Positions 8,243-18,305 of a DNA stretch of 64,000 nucleotides are shown here, piece by piece (the stretch's first letter is position 1; each line of letters begins with the position of its first letter). Source of the DNA: an uncultured Gammaproteobacteria bacterium (GTDB taxonomy: Bacteria > Pseudomonadota > Gammaproteobacteria > Pseudomonadales > Porticoccaceae). The notes below the pieces were generated by a model, which did no database searches, had not been told where the DNA came from, and saw only the letters and a program-made list of their open reading frames with translations. A program made the position numbers and the translations under genes. The stretch lies in the NCBI GenBank assembly GCA_913058345.1, contig CAJXQR010000011.1, positions 18,964 to 82,963 of the forward strand, read 5' to 3'.

Positions 8243-10063
8243 CTACATTTTATAATAACGGGTATCGTGCAAAGTTTTATAAACAATAGACTGCATTTTT
8301 TCCAACAATTGACTGCTATTGACAGGATTGTCATCAATATCAGTTGCCAGGTTTTCGTGTTGCGTGGTTGATTTAAAGGGTATCACAAGTTTCCCAAAAT
8401 CGTTGATCAGGCCAATGTCAGTCCAGCTTGAGACAATGATATTGCGATGATCCACCGGGCTGCCCAAATCTTCACCCAGACTGTAATCTTTTACTGCATT
8501 TTGGACGCCCAAACGGTTTAAAAGGGTAGAGGGAACATCCATATGACTAGTGCGTTGGTTGATGGATCGCGGGGAGGTGTTGGGGATGGAAACAATCATC
8601 GGTGTACGAACCTGCCAGTCAGTGAAAGCTGAATTGTGGCCCCAACGCCCGCGTTCCATAAACTCCTCGCCATGGTCGCCGGTGATGATAATCAGCGTGT
8701 TTTCAATATCGCCGGATTGCTGTAGGAACTCAATGACGCGTTGTAATTGTTTGTCTATACCATTCGCGGCGTTGATATAACGCGCCTTCATGCCTTTAAT
8801 ATTCGGTTCAATCTCCCTGCGTGATAGCCCGGCATAGTCGAGTGATTTCAAATAGTCCTTCTGTACGACGGCGTTTTCTGGAAAGGAGTAGCGGGCGTGG
8901 GTGGATTCGTAAAAAATAAAACCAAAGAAGGGTTTTGACTGGTCTCTCGTCTTCATATCGTTAATCAGATTTGTGGTGTTTTCCTCGTCCCGTTGCCAGG
9001 GCTCGCCATTTTCGTTCTCTATCAGTTTGTTTTGTGGGATGTTGAGAAAAATAGTGTGATCCAACTCTGGATAAGTAAACTTAGCCCCTGTGTAGATAAA
9101 ATACTGGTATTGATAATCATCCAGTACATCAAAAAATACCGGCCCCTTCCTCGCTCGTAAAAAACCATCCCAATTATTACCGGGTAGGCCATAAAATAGA
9201 GAAAACAATCCCTGCCGGGTGCCGTTACCACCAGAGTAGTGTTGCTTGAAATTCCATACTTGGCGAGAAAACTGGCTCATATGGGGCATGGTTTCATCGG
9301 TCAATAAATCCCAACGCATGGATTCAGAAACCAACATGACAATATTCAAAGGTTTGTCAACCTTCGACAATACAATAGGGTTTTTTGGGTAGTCGATACC
9401 GGAGTCGAATTCATCAATCTGTATTTTCGATGACTTGATGACATCGACACCTATGCTGTGTAGAAAACCGTTCATTGTAAGCGGCTGATAGAAGGGTAGT
9501 GCATCGCTTTTGTTTAAAACAGGGGCGTATGAAATGGCATGACTATATCCGTAAATAAGCCGTTCGCTTATGCTTGCGATTAATAGAAGTGTTAAAGCAG
9601 CACGGACAGGTATTCTTACATCTCTTTGTTGGCGAGAAAGAAATAATGCTGTACCGTGGACAGAGAGCAAGACAGACAGGTAGCCCAAGACAAGAAAGAT
9701 GTTAGTCTGATCGGCTCCCAGGGAGTCTATACCGCCTCTAGTCGTTAATAAATTCCAGACAAAACCATTGATATGAAAGCCATACAAGTCATACAAATGA
9801 CTGTCAGCGAAAACAAATAAATGGCCGGTAATTGAAAGAGCAACAGCTATGTAAGAGGCTGTTCTGTGCCAGCGTTTTAATAAAAAGTAACTTAGAATGG
9901 CTGGTGCCTGATATATTAAGCCATAGGTAGAAATGACCAATACAGTATAAATTTTGCCTATCGATTTGCTATGCTCAATAGGCTCAAAAAAACCACTGCA
10001 AAGATAAATACTAAATAAAGATGTTAATATAAAGTATATTTCAATGTTTCTTCTTGTTGTCAT
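8243..10063 (-). CDS. DUF3413/YejM(PbgA)-like membrane-anchored sulfatase-family hydrolase/transferase
   Basis: 606 aa; about 5 N-terminal TM helices, then an alkaline-phosphatase-superfamily domain (MLVSESMRWD, ITGDHGEEF). Confidence 0.8.
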   Translation of the reverse strand: MTTRRNIEIYFILTSLFSIYLCSGFFEPIEHSKSIGKIYTVLVISTYGLIYQAPAILSYFLLKRWHRTASYIAVALSITGHLFVFADSHLYDLYGFHINGFVWNLLTTRGGIDSLGADQTNIFLVLGYLSVLLSVHGTALFLSRQQRDVRIPVRAALTLLLIASISERLIYGYSHAISYAPVLNKSDALPFYQPLTMNGFLHSIGVDVIKSSKIQIDEFDSGIDYPKNPIVLSKVDKPLNIVMLVSESMRWDLLTDETMPHMSQFSRQVWNFKQHYSGGNGTRQGLFSLFYGLPGNNWDGFLRARKGPVFFDVLDDYQYQYFIYTGAKFTYPELDHTIFLNIPQNKLIENENGEPWQRDEENTTNLINDMKTRDQSKPFFGFIFYESTHARYSFPENAVVQKDYLKSLDYAGLSRREIEPNIKGMKARYINAANGIDKQLQRVIEFLQQSGDIENTLIIITGDHGEEFMERGRWGHNSAFTDWQVRTPMIVSIPNTSPRSINQRTSHMDVPSTLLNRLGVQNAVKDYSLGEDLGSPVDHRNIIVSSWTDIGLINDFGKLVIPFKSTTQHENLATDIDDNPVNSSQLLEKMQSIVYKTLHDTRYYKM

Positions 10064-10086
10064 AAATGACCTTTTTTGATTAAAAT

Positions 10087-10851
10087 TTAAATCGAACGTT
10101 TGTTGCTTTTTGAATTGTAACTAGCCATTACTGCTTTTTTGTGAGACAGGTTTTCCCAGTCATTGGCATTGACATAACCTAAAACAAAGGCGACTTCAGA
10201 TTCTTTTGAAATAGTTAGAAATACAGTGAGTGCATAGTTTTTATCCTCGCCAGAATTTATAGGAATAAGTTTTTTATGATCAAGCGAGCGTAAGTTGTTA
10301 ATGCATGTGCTGTGTGTGACAAGGACCATATTGACCCTATCTGGTTTATGTTTCAGAATATCCTCTAAAAATCTTTCCTTGCAGTTCTCGTGCAGCCAGT
10401 TCTGGCTAGTACTTTTTCCAGAAAACATGAGTTGTGCTGTTTGTGATGTTCGTTTAAGAGGGCTGTTAAAAATAATTGCATCGGCGCTGGGTAAGAACTG
10501 TTCAAAATTTTCACCTACTTCAATGGCCGTGTCCATTCCTATAGATGTGATACCTGTGACACCATCCAGGCATGGGTTATCTGAGTGGTCGCAACGCTCT
10601 GCATGCCTGATTAGTGCAACTACATTGCCCTGCGCCCAGTGTGTTGAAAGATTAAAAGCTTCAACACTGTTCCTTTCTGAGATGTGGTTAAGAATTATGG
10701 ATGGCTTTGAAAACGATGTGCTGATATTAAATAATAAAATTAAAAAAATAATCGGCATGGTACAAAATCTTATGAATTTTACTACATCTGATATCCATTT
10801 TGTTAAGTACCTTAACTCGAATTTTATATGGTTATCCATAATGTCTGCCAA
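10087..10851 (-). CDS. Ais/PmrG-like histidine phosphatase (LPS core heptose(II)-phosphate phosphatase family); start codon uncertain
   Basis: VVALIRHAERCDHSDNPCLDGVTGIT ... SPLKRTSQTA ... LVTHSTC matches the RHAERCD..C...TGIT...TH..C pattern recalled for E. coli Ais; signal-like segment PIIFLILLFNISTSFS. Confidence 0.75.
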   Translation of the reverse strand: MADIMDNHIKFELRYLTKWISDVVKFIRFCTMPIIFLILLFNISTSFSKPSIILNHISERNSVEAFNLSTHWAQGNVVALIRHAERCDHSDNPCLDGVTGITSIGMDTAIEVGENFEQFLPSADAIIFNSPLKRTSQTAQLMFSGKSTSQNWLHENCKERFLEDILKHKPDRVNMVLVTHSTCINNLRSLDHKKLIPINSGEDKNYALTVFLTISKESEVAFVLGYVNANDWENLSHKKAVMASYNSKSNKRSI

Positions 10852-11160
10852 AAAATAGAATCACAGCTGGTAGTATTAGATCTACTCGTAAGAGTGGGTC
10901 ATTTGTCAGCATGCCTAGTCTTACAATATAACTATAAATTATTAAGATAATCTTAATAATGATGTCTTTATCTACTGTCTCGTCTAATAAAGTATTTGAT
11001 GAGTGCATAGATCCAACCGTGGTAATACACTCTATTTTTGCCGCTAGAGGGTTCCTTGTGGTTGTCCCTTTCTATTACTAGACTGTCCTGTTTTGTGCTG
11101 TAATTTCTATTGACGCAGGATCATCCGACCGATTAATTATCTAGCGCGTTTGCAATCAAC

Positions 11161-11330
11161 ATGAAGAAAATAATACTAATTTATGCGATGCCCTCAGTAT
11201 CGGAGAACTGATCGCATTGCTTGCCAAATGTGCTCTCTTTATTTCAATGACAGCAGCCCCATGCTTCTTGCCGCTGCGACAGGTGTATATGTTTTCTTTC
11301 TTTGGCGCTACTGATCAGCAACGCTGAGGC
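11161..11330 (+). pseudogene. remnant of a GT9 LPS heptosyltransferase (internal deletion plus frameshifts)
   Basis: Across two frames it reads GELIALLAKCALFIS / NDSSPMLLAAATGVYV / FSFFGATDQ. This is the GT9 C-terminal signature (..lvIsNDSGpmHLAAAlG.p.v.lFGpTdp) directly after a short MKKIILIY N-terminus. Confidence 0.5.
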
Positions 11331-11480
11331 GATTGAGTAGCAATGCAGTCGTTAGCCTTAAGTGTTCCTTAATAAATGCTAACTATGCTTCGCTTCTTCT
11401 GTGGCACGATTTCCAAATACTATATTGGTTTATCTGCACAATTTTAGAGCTATAAAAAAACCAGGATAAGAGTATATGAA

Positions 11481-11510
11481 TCTCTATCTCTATCTCTATC
11501 TTTATCCTAT
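11481..11510. repeat. hexanucleotide tandem repeat (TCTCTA)x3 plus two degenerate units
   Basis: tctcta tctcta tctcta tcttta tcctat, about 80 nt upstream of the 11588 start; flanked by a 9-bp inverted repeat TATATGAAT (11473-11481) / ATTCATATA (11519-11527). Confidence 0.85.
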
Positions 11511-11587
11511 AAAAATATATTCATATATTAAACCGACCTGTTTTTTTATCTGTATGCCTGCTTAAGTTCAAGGAAACCTACAACAAG

Positions 11588-12169
11588 ATGATACAAGAGA
11601 ATTGCATTTCTACTTGCCAGAAAAAATTGCAAAGTGTAGCCATACGCAGTCATCTAGCGTTTACCTTTCTTAGTGCTGGATTGGTACTGTTACTTTTTAT
11701 GATTTTACGTCTGCTTTTGTTTATCTATAACCGTGATCTTATCGGTGATACTCCTGTAACAGCTTTTCTTCATGCGTTTGGTATGGGCGTAATTTTTGAT
11801 CTTCAAGCAGTATCTTATGCGTCAATTCCGCTGGTATTTGCTTTCCTGAGTCCACGGCTAATGGCATTACGTCAGTGGTTTTGCATCTGGCTTAGTGTCT
11901 TTGCAGGTATTGCTTTATTTGTCGGTATGCTTGAGCTCGATTTTTATCGGGAGTTCCATCAACGTTTAAATGGGCTTGTATTTCAATATTTAGCTGAGGA
12001 TCCAGTCACTGTTCTTAGTATGCTTTGGCACGGTTTCCCTGTAGGCCGTTACGTATTTGGCTGGTCACTGATGGCCTGGTTATTTTCACGCGTAGTGAAT
12101 TGGTGTGAACGAATCACTAGGCCTCGTCTCGCTACCCTTAAGGCTGGAACAATGGGTGTTTCTAAATGA
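11588..12169 (+). CDS. LtaS/sulfatase-family transferase, N-terminal membrane part (4 TM helices)
   Basis: 193-aa hydrophobic ORF ending in TCT AAA TGA; one extra A would fuse it in frame to 12166..13707. Confidence 0.7.
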   Translation: MIQENCISTCQKKLQSVAIRSHLAFTFLSAGLVLLLFMILRLLLFIYNRDLIGDTPVTAFLHAFGMGVIFDLQAVSYASIPLVFAFLSPRLMALRQWFCIWLSVFAGIALFVGMLELDFYREFHQRLNGLVFQYLAEDPVTVLSMLWHGFPVGRYVFGWSLMAWLFSRVVNWCERITRPRLATLKAGTMGVSK

Positions 12170-13707
12170 GATCGACTCCAAATCCTGATGCTAGTTTTTT
12201 TACTTCTCATTGGTACTACCGTATTTCTGTTTTTTTACTTTGTCTTGTCGTGGTCGCTGCCTGTGCCCGCGGTACGATACGGCAAGGCCCTCCTTTACGC
12301 TGGGGTGACGCCTTTGTCACTGACTCCCCTTTTGCAAATATGTTGGCTTTGAATGGGCTTGTCACTCTAGCTAATGCCGCTCGTCATCATTGGTCTTCAT
12401 CGCGGGATAATGCCTGGCACGGAAAAATCCCAAAAAACCAGGCATTGGAAGTTGTTCGGGATATGTTACTCACTGCACAAGACGAGCTGATTGACGTTGA
12501 CCAAGCGGCTGTACGTCGCGTTTATACCCCTCAACGGGAGAGCGTTTTACCTATTCGTAATGTCGTCATTATTTTGATGGAAAGCTTTGCAGGCCGCTAC
12601 GTGGGCGCTCTGGGAAGTGATGATCAGATTACCCCCTATTTCGACGAGCTGGCTGAAGAAGGCTTGTTATTCACCCATGCTTTTTCCAACGGCACACACA
12701 CCCACCAAGGGATGTTTGCAACGATGGCGAGTTTCCCTAATCTGCCGGGTTTTGAGTACCTGATGCAACAGCCTGAAGGCCTTAATGATTTTTCGGGTTT
12801 GCCTCAACTACTCAGTCCTCAGGGTTTTGACAATCTGTATGTCTATAACGGAGATTTTGCCTGGGATAATCAACAAGGGTTTTTCTCGAATCAGGGAATG
12901 ACTCATTTTATTGGTAGAAAAAATTTTACTAATCCAGTGTTCTCCGATCCAACCTGGGGTGTCTCTGATCAGGATATGTTTAACAGGGCGGCGGAGGAGA
13001 TTGCCCGGCGTAATACGACCAAGCCTTTTTATGCCTTGCTTCAAACACTCTCCAATCACACCCCTTATGCATTGCCAGACCCGTTGCCCGTAACTCCCGT
13101 TAGTGGGCATGGCCCACTCAACGAACACCTTACTGCTATGCGTTATTCTGATTGGGCGCTGGGGCAGTTTTTTGCTAAGGCGCGCAAGTTTCCAGATTAC
13201 GATAAGACGCTGTTTGTCATTCTCGGGGATCACGGATTTGGTAGTCCTGAACAACTTACGGATATTGATTTAAATCGCTTCAATATTCCTATTCTATTTA
13301 TCGGACCAAAGGTTCAAGCCTCATTTGGTCGTCAGATTGACATTACCGCCTCCCAGGTCGATATCGTACCGACCATTATGGGTAGGCTTGGTAAGCCGGT
13401 ACAGCATCAATGCTGGGGGCGTGACGTATTAAGCCTGCCCGATGGTGCCCCAGGGTTTGCAGTGATTAAACCATCGGGTGGTGATCAGACGATAGCTATT
13501 ATTGTCGGCCAGGAAATTCTGGTTGAGCCTAAGGGGCAGCAAGCTCGACTTTACAATTACCAATTGGGTTCGACCCGAAATGTTCAAGCGCTCAACGATG
13601 CCAAGCAAGCTAAAACATTACATAAGCAGCTTTATTCTTTTTTACAAGTTAGCACTGAGAATCTGCTAAACAATCAGGTAGGCGCTGCGCTATCAGATTT
13701 AAAGTGA
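12166..13707 (+). CDS. LtaS/sulfatase-family transferase, fifth TM helix plus extracytoplasmic catalytic domain
   Basis: 513 aa; IILMESFAG, SNGTHTHQG, ILGDHGFG alkaline-phosphatase-superfamily motifs; ATGA overlap with the upstream ORF. Confidence 0.85.
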   Translation: MRSTPNPDASFFTSHWYYRISVFLLCLVVVAACARGTIRQGPPLRWGDAFVTDSPFANMLALNGLVTLANAARHHWSSSRDNAWHGKIPKNQALEVVRDMLLTAQDELIDVDQAAVRRVYTPQRESVLPIRNVVIILMESFAGRYVGALGSDDQITPYFDELAEEGLLFTHAFSNGTHTHQGMFATMASFPNLPGFEYLMQQPEGLNDFSGLPQLLSPQGFDNLYVYNGDFAWDNQQGFFSNQGMTHFIGRKNFTNPVFSDPTWGVSDQDMFNRAAEEIARRNTTKPFYALLQTLSNHTPYALPDPLPVTPVSGHGPLNEHLTAMRYSDWALGQFFAKARKFPDYDKTLFVILGDHGFGSPEQLTDIDLNRFNIPILFIGPKVQASFGRQIDITASQVDIVPTIMGRLGKPVQHQCWGRDVLSLPDGAPGFAVIKPSGGDQTIAIIVGQEILVEPKGQQARLYNYQLGSTRNVQALNDAKQAKTLHKQLYSFLQVSTENLLNNQVGAALSDLK

Positions 13708-13830
13708 TAGAACCTGATGACATACGTGACAACTCCGCTAATAGTCGCCCTGACAGTGTCAACAAATTGTCTGGTCGAAAACCTCGAAGCATAATTAAAA
13801 CGCATTATAATTAGGTTAAGTATTCTACGT

Positions 13831-14100
13831 ATGTGGTCAGCTCAGTCGGCGCTAGCTAATTTAGTTATTGTGTTGATCGCGATAAGCGTGTTTATTGATG
13901 TCCATATTTTAAGCAGTAAAGGGAATCTTGCCGAGCCGAACTATGTTGTTATGACAGGGTTTTGTGCGCTAGCTTTTGGGTTGATCCTGGTTATAATCAA
14001 AGTGTTTATTAGCCAATTTCCATTGGGTGCGGTAGTTGATGCTAGGTCAATTTTCCCTCACTTGAAGAGCATAAAATACTGGTGTTGCTCGTTCTGCTGA
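13831..14100 (+). CDS. small two-TM hypothetical membrane protein
   Basis: 89-aa ORF with two hydrophobic segments; no family recognised. Confidence 0.3.
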   Translation: MWSAQSALANLVIVLIAISVFIDVHILSSKGNLAEPNYVVMTGFCALAFGLILVIIKVFISQFPLGAVVDARSIFPHLKSIKYWCCSFC

Positions 14101-14934
14101 TAATTTGAATTCTTACCTTGATACAAGGTTTTTTACTTTGCTTTCAGCGTGAATTAAACCACACCCATGGCTGAGTTTTTATCAGTTTTTCCTGGCTTAG
14201 CTTCGTTGTGGTGTTGTTGGTTGCTTACTATGGTAATCATCTCGTCTATACCTACCTATAACTACCAATGACACTTAGACGTTTAGCTCTCATTTTTAAA
14301 AAGCGCCTAACGTTTACGGTGGTCTGATGGATTAACTTGAGCTTTGTGATCTTGCTGAACACAGACATAAGGCGTTTTTTTATCGCCTAACGAATCGTGC
14401 ACTGTTTGGCCGGAAAGAGTCAAGTAATGGCTAGACTAAATTGCGGATAAGATCCTTGTTGACTGATAAAGAGGCTTCTAGCTTATTTTTGAGTGGTCCA
14501 GTTGATCGATTGTTCCGCGCTATGTAACGGACGTTAATAACTCAGCTTTTTAACGACTTTCTTAGTACAGCTAATCCGCTATATCACTGACAAATAATAT
14601 GCTATTGCGTCATTATTAAGGTTAATTATTGTGCTTTTGTTGAGGGAATAAAGTTTCTGCCTAGGGAGGATTTATTAAGTATTTTCGTTCGCCTTCTTGA
14701 CAGCTTCTAGTTGAGCAGATGACCTGAATAAGTTAGGGCTAATGCGTTTAACTGACATGCTTTAGCATAGTTCCAACATTTTAATCGCTTTATGTTTTTG
14801 GCTGCCTTCGGAATCACATAATTTTCTACCTTATTTTAAGGGGAGGGTGTTTTATGAGCACTTAATTAGCTATTTACTGAACGCCATTTGTTGGTAAATA
14901 AATACATTCTTAGAGGTGAGTTTTTGTGAATAGA

Positions 14935-15418
14935 ATGATTTCAATAAAAAGTTTTTACGCAATAGATGATCAGGCTCCTATGATGAGGAGATGTATAGCT
15001 CATGGTCTTGCTAGAGGAGTGGTAAGTTAAATCTCAAAGAACTGGACCTTTCTAAGTGCTCCACAGCTGCGTCGTTTGCGATTAATTTTGGTGATAGCGT
15101 TTCGCTTGGAATAAAAGATAAAGAATTGTCCAATCTCCTGCTGGAAGATGCACTATTTTTACTTTGTGAGGGTAGAAAGTCTGCCATTGATACGGCACTA
15201 GTTAGGTGTTTGGGTTGCTGAAAGGTGCAAATAACAGCATAGCATTCGGCAGGTCTCTTATAAAAGCGCTACCATTAACTAAGCTAGATATTAATATCGG
15301 TGTTCAGATAGACAGTAAGAGCTATTTGATTTGTTCGCCAAAAATCTATCCTGCTTTAAAATCTAATACTGATAAAGTGGTTTTTTGCTATCGAACCATT
15401 TTTCGAAACAAAATTTAA
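14935..15418 (+). pseudogene. decayed ORF of unknown family read through three successive frames
   Basis: About 32-aa, 66-aa and 70-aa open segments abut each other in shifted frames (..GLARGVV / KLNLKELDLSKCST..VRCLG / LLKGANNSIAFGR..). Confidence 0.3.
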
Positions 15419-16166
15419 TGCCCATCTAATTAGCTGTAAGGCGCGCAAATAATTATTTCGACTTTTGATGATGAAAGCATTCGCTTAGAGCTCAATAAAT
15501 TAAATATGCAATTTTCTATGTGACGTTCTGGGGCAAGTGTTTATATCTGCGGGAAAAATAAGAATAGCTTCGTTATAATGAAGTGCCTAAGATTTTTCAG
15601 CGATGATGAGTTCGCTACAATTCGTGAAGATATGGAATATATAAATTATTTTCATAGAATGAAATAAATATCGAATCGATCGAGTTGCTAGTTACTGATC
15701 CGAGGCGTTGATTAGAATTTTATAAACTCTAGAATTAACTCGTGCAACCATTTTTCTCATAGCATAAAAATTCATAAGATTGATCAAAACAGATTGTTAA
15801 GTAAATTGGTGATATTGAGCAATAAGTGGGCTATGTGGTGGTACAGTGAATTATGATTAACTGCGTTTTCTCAATCAATTAGACCATGTCACAAAGACTG
15901 ATGAAGGCTATAGAAAATCGATGATTAGTCATCTTCATTCCTTAGCTGGAAGTCCGCTATTATTAGCTAAGGTTGTAGATGGGTTGTCAGTATTCTTCGA
16001 TAATAATTTGTCGACATAGAAGTCAGTATTACGATGGCGGTCTACATGGGGTTTGTTGTTCAGTTGCTCGATGGGTTAAATCTAAAACAGTAAACCCAAG
16101 GGGTTTTAGAAAATGAGTATTGGATTACAATGGCCTTCTTATTACGCTAACTAACAGGAAGTTATT

Positions 16167-17876
16167 ATGAGAAAACTCTTACATATTTTTATCTTGCTTT
16201 CTATATTCCCTTACGCCCATGCTGTTGATGTTTTATTAACCCCTAACCTTAATGATCTTACTTTATCGATCAATGATTTTAACAGTTGGGAGCAGTTATC
16301 GGGTACTATACGAACTATCACGATAACAAATCAAGGCTCCTCACCAGCAAACAATGTCAAGGTTAACAAGCCAATATTTCCCAATGGAACTTCGATTTAC
16401 AACTATAGTTGTAAGGGGACAATAAAACCAGGTGACTTTTGCAAAATAGCTATCATTCCTGGCAGTGAGGCTAGTCACGATAAAAATGGTAACCCCTGTA
16501 CCACATCTCCAGGAGCGGACCCTATTGCAAGCGTAGTTACCGTAAGCGCAGATAATGCCGAGCCAGCAAATATAAATGTTTTGGTATTGGGTTATGGTTG
16601 CAGGTTTGCTTTACAGGGAGGCTATCTGTTTTCTGTCGATGACACTAATCTTGAGGGAAGTATTTCAGGGAAGGTGGCTTCATATGAAGATGTGGAGCCA
16701 CATGGAGAGCAATGGGCAGACAAAGGTTACAATAGTGAAATGTCAGCTACTGATATCAGTAACGGAATGAATAATATGCGCAACATTTCAACGGATAACT
16801 ATCCGGCTGGGCATATCTGTTCTGTATCAAAGGCCCAGAATTTCACTGACTGGTATTTACCTGCAATTTGTGAGCTGGGACGTTATAAGGGAAATGGTAA
16901 TAATCCTGGTTGCCCAGATCATAACGCAAACCTATATGTAATGTTGTACCAACAACAGCTAAGTGACATCAGTGGTCAATATTGGAGTTCAACCGAATGG
17001 AAGAATAAACCGTCTTCAGATGCGTGGTTTATGGATTTCGATAAGGTTAAGAGCAATTATAATAGTAAGCAAAACAGCAATTTAGTTAGGTGTATTAGAA
17101 CGTTTGATAATGGATTAACCCCAGATAGCGCAACGTTATATGTAAATACCCCTACACAACCGATTGTGGTTGGCTCAAAGACGCCATTAACATTAACCGT
17201 TACTAGCAGTCAATTCTCTACGGAAAGTGCCAAGGGGGTTACGGTTGTCAGCAAATCAGAATGTCCTGACATATCTGTTGTTGATGATGCTTGTTCTAGT
17301 CTCAATCCTGGGCAAACATGTACAATACAATTGACCTCTAATACAGCTTATGGGCCCTGTAGTATTAAAGTTGGTGGCACTAACACAGTTAACAATCCGT
17401 CTGCTAGAATTGCCTTTCAGATCGACGGCGGGCTAGTGTATAGATGTGATAGTAAACTTTGTGTTGCCTTAGATCATAGTAACCAGCTTTCTTCGGTTTG
17501 GACCACTCAAAATTCTAATATAAAAGGTGCAGTTGATGATAATAACGGTAGCAAGAATACCGCTAACATTATCGTGGATAAAAGCTGTACTCATAACTTA
17601 CAAGCTTGTGCCGCCTATAAATGCGACATCTACCAAGACGGTACTTGGTATCTTCCTGCAATCAATGAACTAGAAAATGTATACCATAGCTTTTGTAGTA
17701 CTAACGATCAATCATGTGCTTATGGTGGTTGGAAAGGAGCCCATTGGAGTTCGACACAGAGCAGTAGTAGCCATGCTCACTCGTTGTATTTCCCTGCTGG
17801 AAACCAAACCCCAAATGGTGGATCAAAGAGTTCTGGCTTAGGTGTTATTTGTATTAAACCACTTCCAAACTCTTAA
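16167..17876 (+). CDS. secreted protein with two [beta-sandwich-like + DUF1566 (Lcl C-terminal)] modules
   Basis: 569 aa; signal peptide MRKLLHIFILLSIFPYAHA; two DUF1566 signatures (DWYLPAICEL..YWSSTEW..LVRCIR and TWYLPAINEL..HWSSTQS..GVICIK). Confidence 0.75.
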   Translation: MRKLLHIFILLSIFPYAHAVDVLLTPNLNDLTLSINDFNSWEQLSGTIRTITITNQGSSPANNVKVNKPIFPNGTSIYNYSCKGTIKPGDFCKIAIIPGSEASHDKNGNPCTTSPGADPIASVVTVSADNAEPANINVLVLGYGCRFALQGGYLFSVDDTNLEGSISGKVASYEDVEPHGEQWADKGYNSEMSATDISNGMNNMRNISTDNYPAGHICSVSKAQNFTDWYLPAICELGRYKGNGNNPGCPDHNANLYVMLYQQQLSDISGQYWSSTEWKNKPSSDAWFMDFDKVKSNYNSKQNSNLVRCIRTFDNGLTPDSATLYVNTPTQPIVVGSKTPLTLTVTSSQFSTESAKGVTVVSKSECPDISVVDDACSSLNPGQTCTIQLTSNTAYGPCSIKVGGTNTVNNPSARIAFQIDGGLVYRCDSKLCVALDHSNQLSSVWTTQNSNIKGAVDDNNGSKNTANIIVDKSCTHNLQACAAYKCDIYQDGTWYLPAINELENVYHSFCSTNDQSCAYGGWKGAHWSSTQSSSSHAHSLYFPAGNQTPNGGSKSSGLGVICIKPLPNS

Positions 17877-17937
17877 CCTCGTCAAGGTGAACCATCCCGG
17901 GTTGATCGGAGGCTAATTTTCTTGAGAGGATTAGCCA

Positions 17938-18305
17938 ATGAACAAGCGACCTGGATATCCCCAAGAAGTGCGTGAGCGGGCAGTACGCCTGGTGCTGACA
18001 AGCGAACATGAACACTCACCCCGCTGGGCAGCCACGAAGTCCGTTGCGTCTAAAATTGGTTGCACACCCGAAACACTGAGAAGCTGGATTAATAAGATGA
18101 AGTCGATTCTGGAGCAAAGTCTGGAGTGCCTACGGACCAATCACAGCGTACCAATATACTTGAGCGCGAAGTGCGCGAGCTGAAGCGGGTAAATGAGATT
18201 CTGCGCAAGGCAGCGGCTTTTTTCGACCCGGCGGAGCTCGACTCGGCAACTTCTCCTGCGTTGCCCTACTACCGTCCGTCCCTGGACATACGCAAACCGA
18301 AGTAA
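17938..18305 (+). pseudogene. IS3-family transposase OrfA, frameshifted
   Basis: The HTH part MNKRPGYPQEVRERAVRLV.. and the leucine-zipper part ..ILEREVRELKRVNEILRKAAAFF.. lie in different frames. Confidence 0.8.

Noticed and set aside
10295-10858. A 187-aa + strand ORF opposite the Ais-like gene, and a 187-aa ORF (20994..21557) opposite the LysR gene.
   Set aside because: The opposite-strand genes carry clear family signatures, and these ORFs carry none.
11481-11510. The tandem repeat considered as a CRISPR array or minisatellite.
   Set aside because: The units are 6 nt with no spacers, so it is a short microsatellite.
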